A stretch of DNA of 63,159 nucleotides, filler included, from Octopus bimaculoides (lineage: Eukaryota), in the NCBI RefSeq assembly GCF_001194135.2. It is 6 parts of 5 records of this genome, joined end to end, with 100 filler letters (N's around TTAATTAATTAA, not from the genome) between each part and the next. Parts side by side here need not be neighbours in the genome. Positions count along the whole stretch, not along the records: positions 1 to 15,833 come from NC_068989.1; positions 15,934 to 39,206 come from NC_068991.1; 4 more parts are not named here. One strand, 5' to 3'. Positions 12,270 to 23,736 of this stretch are shown here, piece by piece. The notes beneath the pieces are model-generated. The model was given only the letters and a program-made list of their open reading frames with translations. It ran no database searches and was not told the origin of the DNA. The stretch's first letter is position 1. Each line of letters begins with the position of its first letter. The position numbers and the translations under genes were made by a program.

Positions 12270-12864
12270 TCGAATGGCATATTGTTCGAATGGCAGATGA
12301 ACGCATGCCGAAACAGCTGTTTTATGGTGAGCTTGCAGAGGGGAAACGTTATCGGCATAAACCTAAAAAAAGGTTTAAGGATGGCATAAGGACTGCTATG
12401 AAGTCAATTGGAATGGCTCCAAAAGATATAGAAGTCCTCGCTTCAGATCGAGTTGGATGGCGAACAAGGGTGTGGAGTGGAGTGAAAGCATTTGAAGAGG
12501 CCAGGATGATGCAAGCAGGGTTCAAGAGATATTTAAGGAAAAATGTAAAGACTGAGAAGGTGAATGACAAGGACCTTTTTGTGTGCATAGTCTGTGACAG
12601 ACCATGTCTGTCCTTGGCTGGCCTCAAATCTCACCTGCGAACCCATGGAAAACAAACCTCATCCAGCTATTCTGATTATATGTCTGTGCACACGTTTGAA
12701 TGTGGTGTGTGCCAGAGGGTTTGCAAATCCAATGGGGGTCTTAAAAGAGATGTTAGGATCCACATGGTAGTGCAAATCAGAGGTGCAATCTGTGTGGGTG
12801 CTTTTTCAAAACACTGTCTGGTTTAAAAAGCCACATCAGACGCCATGAAAGGGCTAAGGTGTAG
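12270..12864 (+). mobile_element. RTE-clade LINE 3' end with three C2H2 zinc fingers
   Basis: WHIVRMADERMPKQLFYGELAEGKRYRHKPKKRFKD...LASDRVGWRTRVWSGVKAFEEAR is the RTE C-terminal signature; followed by CIVC-x12-HLRTH, CGVC-x12-(D)VRIH and, after a frameshift, CNLC-x12-HIRRH, stop at 12862-12864. Confidence 0.85.
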
Positions 12865-12886
12865 GTGCAAACATACATATATATTT

Positions 12887-13091
12887 TATAAAGGATCGTG
12901 GGTAAGGCTAAAACAATGCGAAGTAAATGTAAGGTAAATCACAAGAAAAAAAAAAAGATGTGAATTAATGTAGACTTACTTTGTATTTAATATTTCGGAA
13001 TCATGACACCATTTTCAAGAAATTGAAGATTGTTGCCGACTTACCTTGCATTTACTTCGCATTGATTTGGCCTTACCTATGATCTTTTATA
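12887..13091. mobile_element. MITE with ~55-bp imperfect terminal inverted repeats, TA-flanked
   Basis: TAAAGGATCGTGGGTAAGGCTAAAACAATGCGAAGTAAATGTAAGGTAA at the left is the near reverse complement of TTACCTTGCATTTACTTCGCATTGATTTGGCCTTACCTATGATCTTTTA at the right. Confidence 0.7.
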
Positions 13092-13149
13092 CAACATACT
13101 CTGCATAATGCTTCATAGTGATTATATATATATATATATCTTTTGCAAG

Positions 13150-13510
13150 ATTCTTGATGTGAATTTGACTGTTGAAACAGATATTGTTGTATTTGGGGAT
13201 GGTCATGTTGCCAGTCTCGCCAATTCACTTGCTTCAGCTTTATTTTATATTAATTATATTTTGGACAGAGTTCTTCCGTCACACTTTTGTGACCTCATCA
13301 GTGGTCCTTTGCTTTGTTCTTTCTTTATTTTGTGTGTCTCCCTTTACTAATGATCAGCCATTTTGTATTCCTATTGTATGTGTCTTTATTTGCGCATGGG
13401 TATATCCCTGTGTGTGTCTACGTTTAGTAAGTGTGTGTTTGTGGGAATGTGCCTGCATTATCATTATCCCCTGTTTTTACACGTTCGTTTAATTTACTTT
13501 TGTTCATTTC
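13150..13510 (-). mobile_element. Inverted copy of the Penelope 3' terminal repeat (pLTR)
   Basis: Reverse complement aligns with 14098-14449 (roughly 80% identity by eye). Confidence 0.8.
13263..13307 (-). ncRNA. Hammerhead ribozyme motif (A13-to-G damaged) in left inverted pLTR
   Basis: GGACCA CUGAUGA G GUCAC aaaagu GUGAC GGAA GAACU C UGUCC. Confidence 0.55.
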
Positions 13511-13514
13511 TACC

Positions 13515-14449
13515 GATTAGAAATTACCCTTTTAGTAGACCCCATTGTACTGATAGGAACTGTATTCTATGTAGACATAGCCTATAAACAAACTGTAAAG
13601 CTAGGAATGTAGTATATAGTATAAGATGTACAGAGGGACGGTGAAGTAGCATGACAATGACATACGTAGCGGAAACAGCACGGAGCATAGGAGAGCGGGT
13701 AAATGTGCATTGGAGGGAATTTAAGGAAGAGAAGAGCTCATCGGTTCTGTACCAGCATGCCGAGCAGAAACACGGAGGCTCACTCAACAACATAGAAGTT
13801 AAAATCTTGTCCACACATAGAAGAGACGCAACGTTTAGACAAATTACAGAAGCTACACACATAATAGAAAATAAACCAAGCCTGAATTGAAAACTAGAAT
13901 GGAACACTAGCACACACACCCAACACACTACAACCTATGAAAGAAAAAGATCCCCATAAACTGATGATAATATGGATATAATACAATACACAAATAAATA
14001 AATGGTATTAAATAACTATATACATAAACAAAATAAATTAAATTAATACAAAAATGAAAAAATCAAAAAGTAAATAGATATAAATAAATTAATAAAATAA
14101 ATGAAAGTAAATTAAACGAATGTGCATAAAGAGGGGATACTGATAATGCTGGCACATCCCCCCCCCACTAAACTTAGACACACAGAGAGGAATATAGACA
14201 TGCGCAAATTAAGACATTCAATAGGAATACAAAATGACAGATCATTAGTAAGGAGAGACACACAAAAAAAAAAACAAGAAAGAAGAAAGCAAGGAGCCAC
14301 TGATGAGGTCACGGAAGTGTGAAGAAAGAACTCTGGCCGAAATACGATTAATATAATATAAAGGTGAAGCAAATGAACACCGAATATATAGTGCGTGTGT
14401 CTTTATTGGCTAAACTGGCAACATGATCATCTCCAAATACAACAATATA
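13515..14449 (+). mobile_element. 5'-truncated Penelope-like element: Cys-rich linker + GIY-YIG endonuclease + 3' terminal repeat
   Basis: Single frame NYPFSRPHCTDRNCILCRHSL*TNCKARNVVYSIRCTEGR*SSMTMTYVAETARSIGERV...RQITEATHIIENKPSLN*KLEW with three stops. Confidence 0.85.
14296..14337 (+). ncRNA. Hammerhead ribozyme motif (11.1 C-to-A damaged) in right pLTR
   Basis: GCCA CUGAUGA G GUCAC ggaagu GUGAA GAAA GAACU C UGGC. Confidence 0.6.
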
Positions 14450-14492
14450 NNNNNNNNNNNNNNNNNNNNNNNNNTATATATATATATATATT

Positions 14493-14753
14493 CAGGAGCA
14501 CTCCGTCGGTTACGACGACGAGGGTTCCAGTTGATACGATCAACAGAACATCTTGCTCGTGAAATTAACGTACAAGTGGCTGAGCACTCCACAAACACAA
14601 ACACGTGTACCCTTAAAGCAGTTCTCAGGGAGATTCAGCGTGACACAGAGTGTGACAAAGCTGGCCCTTTGAAATACAGGTACTGCTAATTTTTGTCAGC
14701 TGAATAAACTGGAGCAACGTGAAATAAAGTGTTTTGCTCAAGAACAAAACGCA
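14493..14753 (-). mobile_element. CORE-type SINE (family C), head truncated
   Basis: Minus strand reads CTTGAGCAAAACACTTTATTTCACGTTGCTCCAG...CCCTCGTCGTCGTAACCGACGGAGTGCTCC; diverged relative at 25420-25670. Family recognised from memory of octopus repeats. Confidence 0.7.
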
Positions 14754-15490
14754 TAGATATATGTATGTATATGGTGAGGTAGCGTGGGCATAAACAAATA
14801 TAAACACATATATACCGGTGTTGCTGTTAAACCATGTGTACCATTGAATTTTGTGATAGAATTCGGGAAAGAATTAAGAATTCGGGAAAGAATTAAGCAC
14901 ATCGATGATATTTATTGAAATTTTATATAACTTTGTTATAGATATATTTTATATCTTATCGGTTTATTTTGTTTATGTACTGATTTCTTCCACCAATAAT
15001 TCCACATACTACACACGCTGATACACACAAACATAGACATATGCATACATAATACATTCATACATACATACATACATACATACATACATACATACACATA
15101 ATACTTAACAAAATTGTGTGTTTGGGATATTTGTTATGTTCAATGTTCAATAGTTGTTAATTTTATCAAGATAATCATGGATATAATGTTTTCTAATGTG
15201 CAAGGTAAATATGGGCGATATTTACTTCGCTCCTTATATAAAATACACGCATGTGTGCAGCAGATGTAAGTATGTATGCGGATGCATATACATAAAAACA
15301 TATATGTGTATGGGTGTATGTACGTATGTAAGCATTATATGTACATTTACGTACGCATATGCACAGACACATGTCTGTGTATATGTATATATGTATGTGT
15401 GTGTGTGTGTATGTGTGTAAGTATTTACATAATACATATATATATTGAGAGAGTAGGTGGATAGAAATATATGTATATACATACACACAT

Positions 15491-15833
15491 AACAAAGCAG
15501 ATATTTACGAGGAATGGATGAACTCAACACCAATTATTCTCCCACGCAAATTCCAGATCAAAACAATACCAAATGAACCTGACGGACAGAGGACCATCAG
15601 GGAAAAGTTAGCACTATTCCATCTAAAATCAGAGATTGAACTACTAAGACTTAGGGCCTCTACTAATGAAGAAAAATATAAAAACATCGACGAAGAGATG
15701 CACAGGGAAATAAACAAACAAACCGAGGGACAACCCCTCGAAAATACCATAAATTTTTGGAAAGAAGTCTGTGAAAAGGAAGAAAGAAACTCTCTCCTAC
15801 GCTGGGAAAAAAGCAATGATTTCTTCCAAAGAT
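15491..15833 (+). pseudogene. Stop-free ORF fragment of unknown identity, predicted helical/coiled-coil; probably the N-terminal region of a retroelement ORF
   Basis: 114 sense codons (NKADIYEEWMNSTPIILPRKFQIK...KEEERNSLLRWEK-like) with A-rich sense strand, bounded by a microsatellite and a scaffold gap. Confidence 0.45.
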
Positions 15834-15933
15834 NNNNNNNNNNNNNNNNNNNNNNNNNNNNNNNNNNNNNNNNNNNNTTAATTAATTAANNNNNNNNNNN
15901 NNNNNNNNNNNNNNNNNNNNNNNNNNNNNNNNN
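15834..15933. other. Artificial 100-nt scaffold-join cassette (44N-TTAATTAATTAA-44N)
   Basis: Identical layout at five sites; the 12-mer has stops in all six frames. Confidence 0.95.
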
Positions 15934-15992
15934 CATATATATATGTATATATTTGTATAAATGCATATATGTTTATATACATTTATATTTGC

Positions 15993-16053
<61 letters not shown>

Positions 16054-16419
16054 CGAAAAAATATAAACGTATCTATGTATTATATTTGTATATATATATA
16101 TATATAAACATATATATATATATACGTATACATATATTTCTGGTTGAGTACATAATTCTAGCATGACTTTCCAGTTTGATATATTGAACCAGTGAGTGCT
16201 TTAGAAATGTATGTAACTTCTGTTCAATATTTTAACTTGATGTTCTCCCTTCCTCCTATCCTACCCTCGTATATCTCTTCTTTTCGCCACCACTTCCTGT
16301 TCATTTTCTATCATTTTTATTTCTTCTTTAATTTATTAGTCCATTAAGTCATTGACAATATCGGTAGATCAGTTGACAATATGTCACATCGTAGTGAGTT
16401 ACGTTCCTTTTCACTACAC

Positions 16420-17062
16420 TGATTCATGTCGGTTATGAAAATGCCGACACCTTGGCTCTGTGAACACTGTAAAGGCTGTAAGACGTGTAATGCACAGCTG
16501 CAACGGATTCTATGAAGCCATGACCCACAGAAAAAGACAGAACTGGAGTTCTGACTGCGTCAGGCTAAATTCAGACGTCTGTGTGAAGCTGCTAGAGATT
16601 GTCGTCAAACCCTGATTGGAGAGAGTTGCTGCTGGAAAGCCATATACGGAGTAGTAGGATTCGGCTCCATTCTTGACTTCCAGAAAGCGTCAGAAGTAGT
16701 TGTCAGAGAATTTCTACGACTTCGTCACCCACAATTTCTGACTTCGTAATTCCTCTCCATTTTAACCTCAAGGATTACTGTGTGGGGCGAAGTTGAGAAA
16801 GACATCAACCGCTTTCTCTGCAAAGTCAAGCTGGTGGTCAACATCAAGGAAGTGCCAAAACATCTTCCCAGGGACATAGTGAGTTACTCGTGTGCCAGGT
16901 TTCGGCGCCGTCTTGAGGCCGTGTGGAAGCTGAGAGCGGCTACTGTTATCTCCCAGCTATAATCTAAGTTATATTTTGTGATTTTTTAAAATACTTTCAT
17001 TTTTGGATGAAATATTATCTTTTCCTCTTATGTAATAAGGTCAAATTTAGCCGAAACACTGT
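16420..17062 (+). mobile_element. Internally deleted, decayed Tc1/mariner-superfamily transposon (maT / DD37D-like)
   Basis: VRLNSDVCVKLLEIVVKP*LERVAAGKPYTE**DSAP...K*LSENFYDFVTHNF*..NS...N.KDY/VWGEVEK...CARFRRRLEAV; restored spacing from the QD aspartate to the DY aspartate is about 37 aa. Confidence 0.8.
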
Positions 17063-17157
17063 TGTAATATCTCTCTATGCGTAATAGAGAACATAAAATG
17101 TATGTTATGTGTGTGTGTGGGTGTGTGTGCACGCGTGTGTGCGCGCGCACGAGTTTA

Positions 17158-17336
17158 TGCGCAGCGGTGGCTGTGGGCTAGAAGTTTCGTTTTTGTTTCC
17201 CGATCACATGTTTCGGGGTTCATTTCTATTGCGTGACATCTTGGGCAAGTGTCTTCTAGTATAGTCACGCTGGCCGACCAATGCCTTGCGAGTAGATTAG
17301 CTTGATAAAAAGTGAAAGAAGCCCATCATGCATATA

Positions 17337-17372
<36 letters not shown>

Positions 17373-17677
17373 GGCTTGCCACGCTGGCCGGATGTGGTGT
17401 ATCTACGTCACACTATGTATAGTGTGACGTATGTGTTGCTGAATACTGAAACATTCGCAATATGTAATAAAAGAGTACTATGTCAATACCCATATTCTGT
17501 TCTCTTATTATTCTTGTGCTCTGTATTACGTCAAAGCTCATACCCTCTAATACGGACGACCTGTACGTTCAAGCGATGGTAGGAGTTTAACGCGATTAAC
17601 ATTTGAGCCGAAACCTGAATGGTGTAATTGTCATGTACCAAGCGTATCCAGTCATATACACGCACACACACACACAT

Positions 17678-17753
<76 letters not shown>

Positions 17754-17950
17754 GCACGCGCGCACGCACGTGCGTGCGTATGTATTTTACTGGCTTGTTA
17801 TATCTCTGTAACTTAGCGCTTCAGCCAAACCGGACTGATAGAATGAATAAAAAAATGTACTCAAAAATTACAGGGGTCGAATCATTCGACTAAGACCGTT
17901 GAAGGTAGTGCTTCAGTATGGCTGCAATCCAAAGACCGAAGCAATTAAAG
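17158..17950 (+). mobile_element. SINE family A copy with atypical central insert (17371-17650)
   Basis: Head GGTGGCTGTGGGCTAGAAG...CTTGGGCAAGTGTCTTCT; tail GGGGTCGAATCATTCGACTAA...CAGTATGGCTGCAATCCAAAGACCGAAGCAA. Confidence 0.65.
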
Positions 17951-18049
17951 GGTATGTATGAGTGTATTTATGTATTATTTTGTCATATAGTGAGAGCAGA
18001 TAAGAAAGTACTTCTCGTTGGTCTTCCTGTTGCTTTTGTTGTTGTTGTT

Positions 18050-18225
18050 GTTTAACCTCAGGTTAGCTCTGATCGCGCAAACTTCTAATCAAAGGCATTC
18101 GAGGTTCGACCATTTCATCTTCTAATGTGCAAGTAATTTAGGGCCACATTATCGAATGTGTCCTTTTTCTAAAACTATAGGAGTGTTCTTTTAGATAGAT
18201 TTGATTGCTATTTCTAAGAGAAAGA
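18050..18225 (+). mobile_element. Interspersed repeat family D (SINE-like)
   Basis: TTTAACCTCAGGTTAGCTCTGATCG...AAAGGCATTC...GATTTGATTGCTATTTCTA; relatives at 19410-19520(-), 25330-25430, 25680-25770, 31150-31375, 52200-52290(-), 58470-58680(-). Confidence 0.55.
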
Positions 18226-20421
18226 CCAAAGCCGACGCAACTTGGCACTTAAGTTACAGGTACTATTATCAGAACGCAAAGAACCGGAACAGATACTAGA
18301 AGTATTCCGTTCGATGCCCAAACAATTCTCCTAGTTAACGGCTATGGATTGGATTTTATCTACCGGCCTACAGGCATTGAAAATTAACTTCAGTATGATT
18401 AGACAGCCGAATCTCTTAAGACTATATCAATTCTCCGACGTTCCAATGACGGTGCCAATTTGCTGCTTTGGGTGTAAAAAAAACTAAGCTTTGCGTTTAG
18501 AGACAAACGTTTAAAATATTGTTTTCATTGATCGATATTTACAAGATCTTGACCTTCGTGGCAATCACGTTACCTCTATTTTGCTGTTTGATTTGCATTT
18601 AAATCATTGCTTCAAAAATAAATATAAAAAAAGCGACAAAGCAAAATTTTCAAATGAATTCCTTTGATTATGATCTTATATTCTATTTTTATTATTTGAT
18701 TTCATTTAGCAATGATTTTGTATAGCTACTTTTTGAGAGAATATGCGGGACTAACTTATACAACGATTTCGACTTACCCGATCGTATTTAGCTCCAGTTT
18801 GATTATAAACATGCAATGCCTCTTGTATCTCAATGGGAAAATATGTACCGATCTATTTGAGGATTTTGATCTGTGATTGATTATGATCCTTTGAAAGATT
18901 CAAACTTTCACGTATACCGCAACCGGAGTATGGTTAAAAACATTACATCTAAAAATTTGCATTTTTGCTTTGCAACCACACACGGATAATAACATTAACT
19001 TTAATGACAATATTTTAAAATTTATTAGCTTTACAAAGCTGTAATTGGTTGCCCCTCGTTTGGAAGGAATGAAAGGGTGGGTTGTAACGTAAAATAGTTC
19101 CTTTTGAAATACTTTACACTTCAACCTGGTCAATTAACGGTACAGAAAAGCAGCACCAATTGAAGATATACGTCTAGTCTTGTGAATCTTGATTTAAAAA
19201 GGTTTATCACTAATCTTCTGCATATTGTAAACTCATAAATATAGAAATTTATTTTTCCATCATTAAAAATTTATTCACAAAACTTGATTCTTACATAAGT
19301 GTTAGTACTCAATTCAGTCCACATTGAATCTTCAGTGTTAAGTTTACATCTTTTTCGAAGGCATAAAGTATCTGAGACAGTAAATATATAAACACCGGAA
19401 ATTTGAGAGCTCCTACATGATTACTTGACGTGCTAAAATAGCAGTCAAATCTTCCATAAATTGCACCTCAGTGTTTTTGAAAAAATAAGAAACATCGGAG
19501 ATAATATAATCAAAGATATACACAAATACGGAATAGCTGAAGCTGAAGCGACTTTATTCGTACATCTCCTCAATTAGATTAAGCAGGGGTTAAATGACGA
19601 AAAGAAAAATACGCACATATACTGATATAGGAAAGTACCAAATTAAATGAGGTAGAGCAATTTAATTACAAAATAAATTGTGTAAACTGTAACTAAATAC
19701 AAACCACTAACATATGGGTTAGTTACCTACTATTCTAGTGACTCGACCGCATTTTCCACCACGAAATCTATTTATATACTCGTACTCGGAGTGAGAGACA
19801 AAGTCGATTTCAATGAAAATTGAGTTAAAAACTGAGGCTATGAAGTAACCCGCCTAAAGAATTATAGTCCAGGTTAATAAAGATTGAATTGAATGTTAAA
19901 CGTGCAAAAAGAACTTTATTCTATAATCCATACTGTTACTCCCCACAAATGTGGGACAATCAATTGCAATTTAGTAGAAATAATAAATTACCTAATAAGG
20001 TGATTAAAAATCGATAAGTTAGTATCTGTGTGCAATTTCACTGAGAAAATACTCTTTCTTTATACGCATGTATGTATGTGTGTATGTATGTATGTATGTA
20101 TGTACGTACGTACGTACGTACGTATGTATGTATGTATGTATGTATGTATGTATGTTTGCATGTATGTATGCATGTGTGTATGTATATGTGTATGTATGTA
20201 TGTATGTATGTATGTATGTATGCACGTATGTATGTATGTTATCATTCAGTTTTGTTTCAAGATTTCTTGCTTATTGAGAAAGAGCCAGTTTCTAATCTAG
20301 ATCAAAGTCTTCTTCATTGGGATTTGAACACCAACAGAGTATTTGTGCATGTATGCAATATTTGGAGTCAGTACATCTGTGTGTTTTTTTTATTTACATG
20401 TCTACACATGCACATATATAC

Positions 20422-21230
20422 TTAGATAGTAATCTTCCGGAAAGTTTTACAAATTTTGACAGTTACATCGATGATTTGAATCTGTAATCTTTTAATTAGC
20501 TTTCTCCTTTTGGGTTTTGAAAAACTTAATTTTTTAAGACTGGTGATTAAACAATTTGTTACATATCTCAGTGCCCAGATAATTACAGCTATAAATCTGA
20601 ACTTGTAATCCGATAGAATAGCAGTAAATTTCTCAAAAGTTCAGCGTAGGTATTTTCTTTTTCATGTTTAGCTTTAGCTTTATGTTGACATTCGCTGGGC
20701 AACCGATTTTCTCTACTGTACATAGTTTCGCCGCTCTGTCCCAAATCACTGTCTACTCTATTATGTACACATTTTCTAGAGATTTTCATTGGAACATTTC
20801 ACCAGTACTCTTTCATACTGTGAGTGACTATGGCTTCTGTCATACTGTAGGTTCTTATCTCTTTGGTCTCAAGATTATCCTTCCGACGGATCTCATTATA
20901 AAGTGTCTTGGCTACACCATCACGTCTCATGAGTAGATAATAACGCCGTGTCATTTTTAGACAACTGGTTATGATATGGACGATATTTTCGGTGTTAACC
21001 CCACAAAGTCTGGATCGGTTATCACATTTTGGTGTTTTTCTTGCATCTCTGTCGCTTTTGTGTATCAGGTATTTGGTTTCCGTATTCGGTTCCTGGATTG
21101 CAAAAGCATACCCTTTAAAGTGAGAGTTAGTGATCCAGTTGTTGTTCCATGATAGACTGCTTTGATTATCAATATTACTGTCATCGTGGAGCTTTCTGCC
21201 AACACATCTGGGCATGGTTTTCTGCTGGAT
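20422..21230 (-). mobile_element. R4/Dong-clade non-LTR retrotransposon 3' end (zinc knuckle + restriction-like endonuclease), decayed
   Basis: NSHFKGYAFAIQE...CDNRSRLCGVNTENIVHIITSC...RRDGVAK...HNRVD...EKENTYAELLRNL...IIWALRYVT...RLQIQIIDVTVKICKTF. Confidence 0.8.
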
Positions 21231-21462
21231 GTGTGTGTTTGTGTAAAGATTTGTCTGCATTGTATGATGTGCATGTGAGTCTCTTTTGTTGAAAGTGAAT
21301 GGTGCAGCCCATGGTTTCCTTTCTGTCCACGTGTTCTCTGCAGACATGAACTGCACCAATCTGCCTCAGTTCAACAAAAAACAAACAAAAAGCAAAAGAA
21401 CAAAAAAACAACAACTGAGAGTACTTAATAAGGAAACATTTTTGTGTGCCCTATGGTTAAGA

Positions 21463-21965
21463 AGGCGCAGGCGTGGTTGTGAAGTAAGAAGCTTATTTCC
21501 GAAATACTTGGTTGTGAGTTCAGTCCCAGTGTGTGGCACCGTCGGCAAGTGTCCTCTTCTATAGCCCGGGCTGCCCAAAGCCTTGTGGGTGGATTTGACA
21601 GATGGAAACTGAAAGAAGCTTGTCCTATATATATNNNNNNNNNNNNNNNNNNNNNNNNNNNNNNNNNNNNNNNNNNNNNNNNNNNNNNNNNNNNNNNNNN
21701 NNNNNNNNNNNNNNNNNNNNNNNNNNNNNNNNNNNNNNNNNNNNNNNNNNNNNNNNNNNNNNNNNNNNNNNNNNNNNNNNNNNNNNNNNNNNNNNNNNNN
21801 NNNNNNNNNNNNNNNNNNNNNNNNNNNNNNNNNNNNNNNNNNNNNNNNNNNNNNNNNNNACTGCTAGAATAAATATTCGGGTCGATTTGTTTGACTAAAT
21901 CCTTGAAAGCGGTGCCCCACCTTGGTCACTGTCTAATGATTGACACAAGTAAAATAAAAATAGAA
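21463..21965 (+). mobile_element. SINE family A copy spanning an N gap
   Basis: AAGGCGCAGGCGTGGTTGTGAAGTAAGAAGC head; tail GGGTCGATTTGTTTGACTAAA after the gap. Confidence 0.75.
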
Positions 21966-22007
21966 AAGAATTATACACACACATACACGCACGTACACAC
22001 ACACACA

Positions 22008-22048
<41 letters not shown>

Positions 22049-22448
22049 CATCCTCAAGGAGATCATTAGGAGAATTTTACTGATAAATTTAAATGTAGAT
22101 CAAAAAATCTTGCTTAAATCAAAATCAAATTAAAAAGTAAGAAATTGTCAATAAATATTAACAGTTAAGTTTGGAAAGATAATTAACCTTCTGTATACAC
22201 TTATTACAAATAACATTAATAATCCAGTTCGGTATAGTCGAACTGTAGCCCAAAGTCTCGAAATCTCTAGTGATTAGTGCTCTAGAATTCGCACAAATAA
22301 TTAACAACAGAAATGACAATGACATAGGCATCATTACGTATGTTAGTACCTTCGACCAACATTCTGCTTGAATTAAGAAAATAAACTTCACAGATTCTTT
22401 TGACATAAGCGTAAGGTTCTTTGTTGTAAATTTATGTGATTTATGTCA

Positions 22449-22655
22449 GGCGGCGAGCTGGTAGAGATGTTAACTCGCCGGGAAACATGCTTAGCGGAAT
22501 TTCGTCCATCTTTACATTCTGAGTTCAAATGCCGCCGGCTCAACTTCGCCTTTAATCCATTCGGGGTCGATAAAATAAGATGAGCACTGGGGTCAATCTA
22601 ATCGACATAGCCCTCCCTCGAAACTGCTGGGTTTGTGCCAAAATCTGAAGCTAAT
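22449..22655 (+). mobile_element. tRNA-derived SINE family B
   Basis: GGCGGCGAGCTGG A-box-like, GAGTTCAAAT B-box-like, TTCGGGGTCGATAAAATAAG; other copies listed separately. Confidence 0.8.
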
Positions 22656-23514
22656 ATTATGTTGTCCACATCTGCTTTCTTAAATGTTACGTTTAATATA
22701 GCTAAAAACTTACTTTCTCATTAATCACCGATATACGAAATTATTCTATATAAATATCCTAAAACTGAGTAAAAGGTGCGTCACATACACGAAAAACTGA
22801 ATAGCAAGTAAAACAACTAAATAAATCGAGGCCAAATGCATATGCAAAACTTTAATGCATGCCCTTTAATCAGATATGCAACGCTGAAGTAATTATCCAC
22901 TAGTCTTCGACCATCTTCGTCAAACCTAATATCAACACTCTGCCTTACACTATGTAGATATAGGAGAAAAACTTCTACATCTACTTTCAAACGAACAATG
23001 GTATTTTGAGAGGAGTCACTGGGTGAAGAGCTGATCTGAGTGACCGCAACAGAATTAAATCCATTAAAGGCACCCAAAGGCTTGGTGTTAATATTAAAAT
23101 CGGTCGATGGGTTAGGTATACAATTTAGCTAAAAATGAAATCGAACTAAGGTAAGGAAATTCGAGACTTCACAGCATTTATAATGTGAGAAAAAGGTCGA
23201 AGAGGTGAACGACGACAACTACGACATTACAGCGATGATAAAAACAATGAGTATGATAGTTAACATTTGGGTAAGGAGGCCGATAGCAGTATCAACATCT
23301 ATATTTAATGGGTCGTAATGTCTGCAATGTAAAGCCAACATGAATGAATAAGTAATTAGATATCGACAAACAGACGGACATGGTAAAATAAACACAGATA
23401 TACGAAAGGCTTGGTAGATTGGTGCGTCACAGCCTTTTTACATTCTGAGTTCAAATCCTTCCCGCATTTTTAACAGATAGAGGACAGAAGAATAAATTGA
23501 TATATAAATATGTA

Positions 23515-23689
23515 GGCGTAGGAGTGGCTGTGTGGTAAGTAGCTTGCTTACCAACCGCATGGTTCTGGGTTCAGTCCCACTGCGTGGCACCTTGGGCAAG
23601 TGTCTTCTACTATAGCCTCGGGCCGACCAAAGCCTTGTGAGTGGATTTGGTAGACGGAAACTGAAAGAAGCCCGTCGTATATATGTATG

Positions 23690-23736
<47 letters not shown>

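Noticed and set aside
14858-14895. Short tandem duplications (19 bp here; also about 25863-25920 and 62530-62568)
   Set aside because: Two to three adjacent copies without spacers; ordinary slippage, not CRISPR-like arrays.
17555-17630. Degenerate hammerhead-like arrangement (TTGAGCCGAAAC-CTGAATGGT)
   Set aside because: The core CUGANGA is absent, position 17 is G and stem I does not form.
23220-23318. Transmembrane-like stretch after a minus-strand acceptor (HYDPLNIDVDTAIGLLTQMLTIILIVFIIAVMS*)
   Set aside because: The hydrophobicity comes from a decayed ATC/GTC trinucleotide tract, and it ends in a stop.
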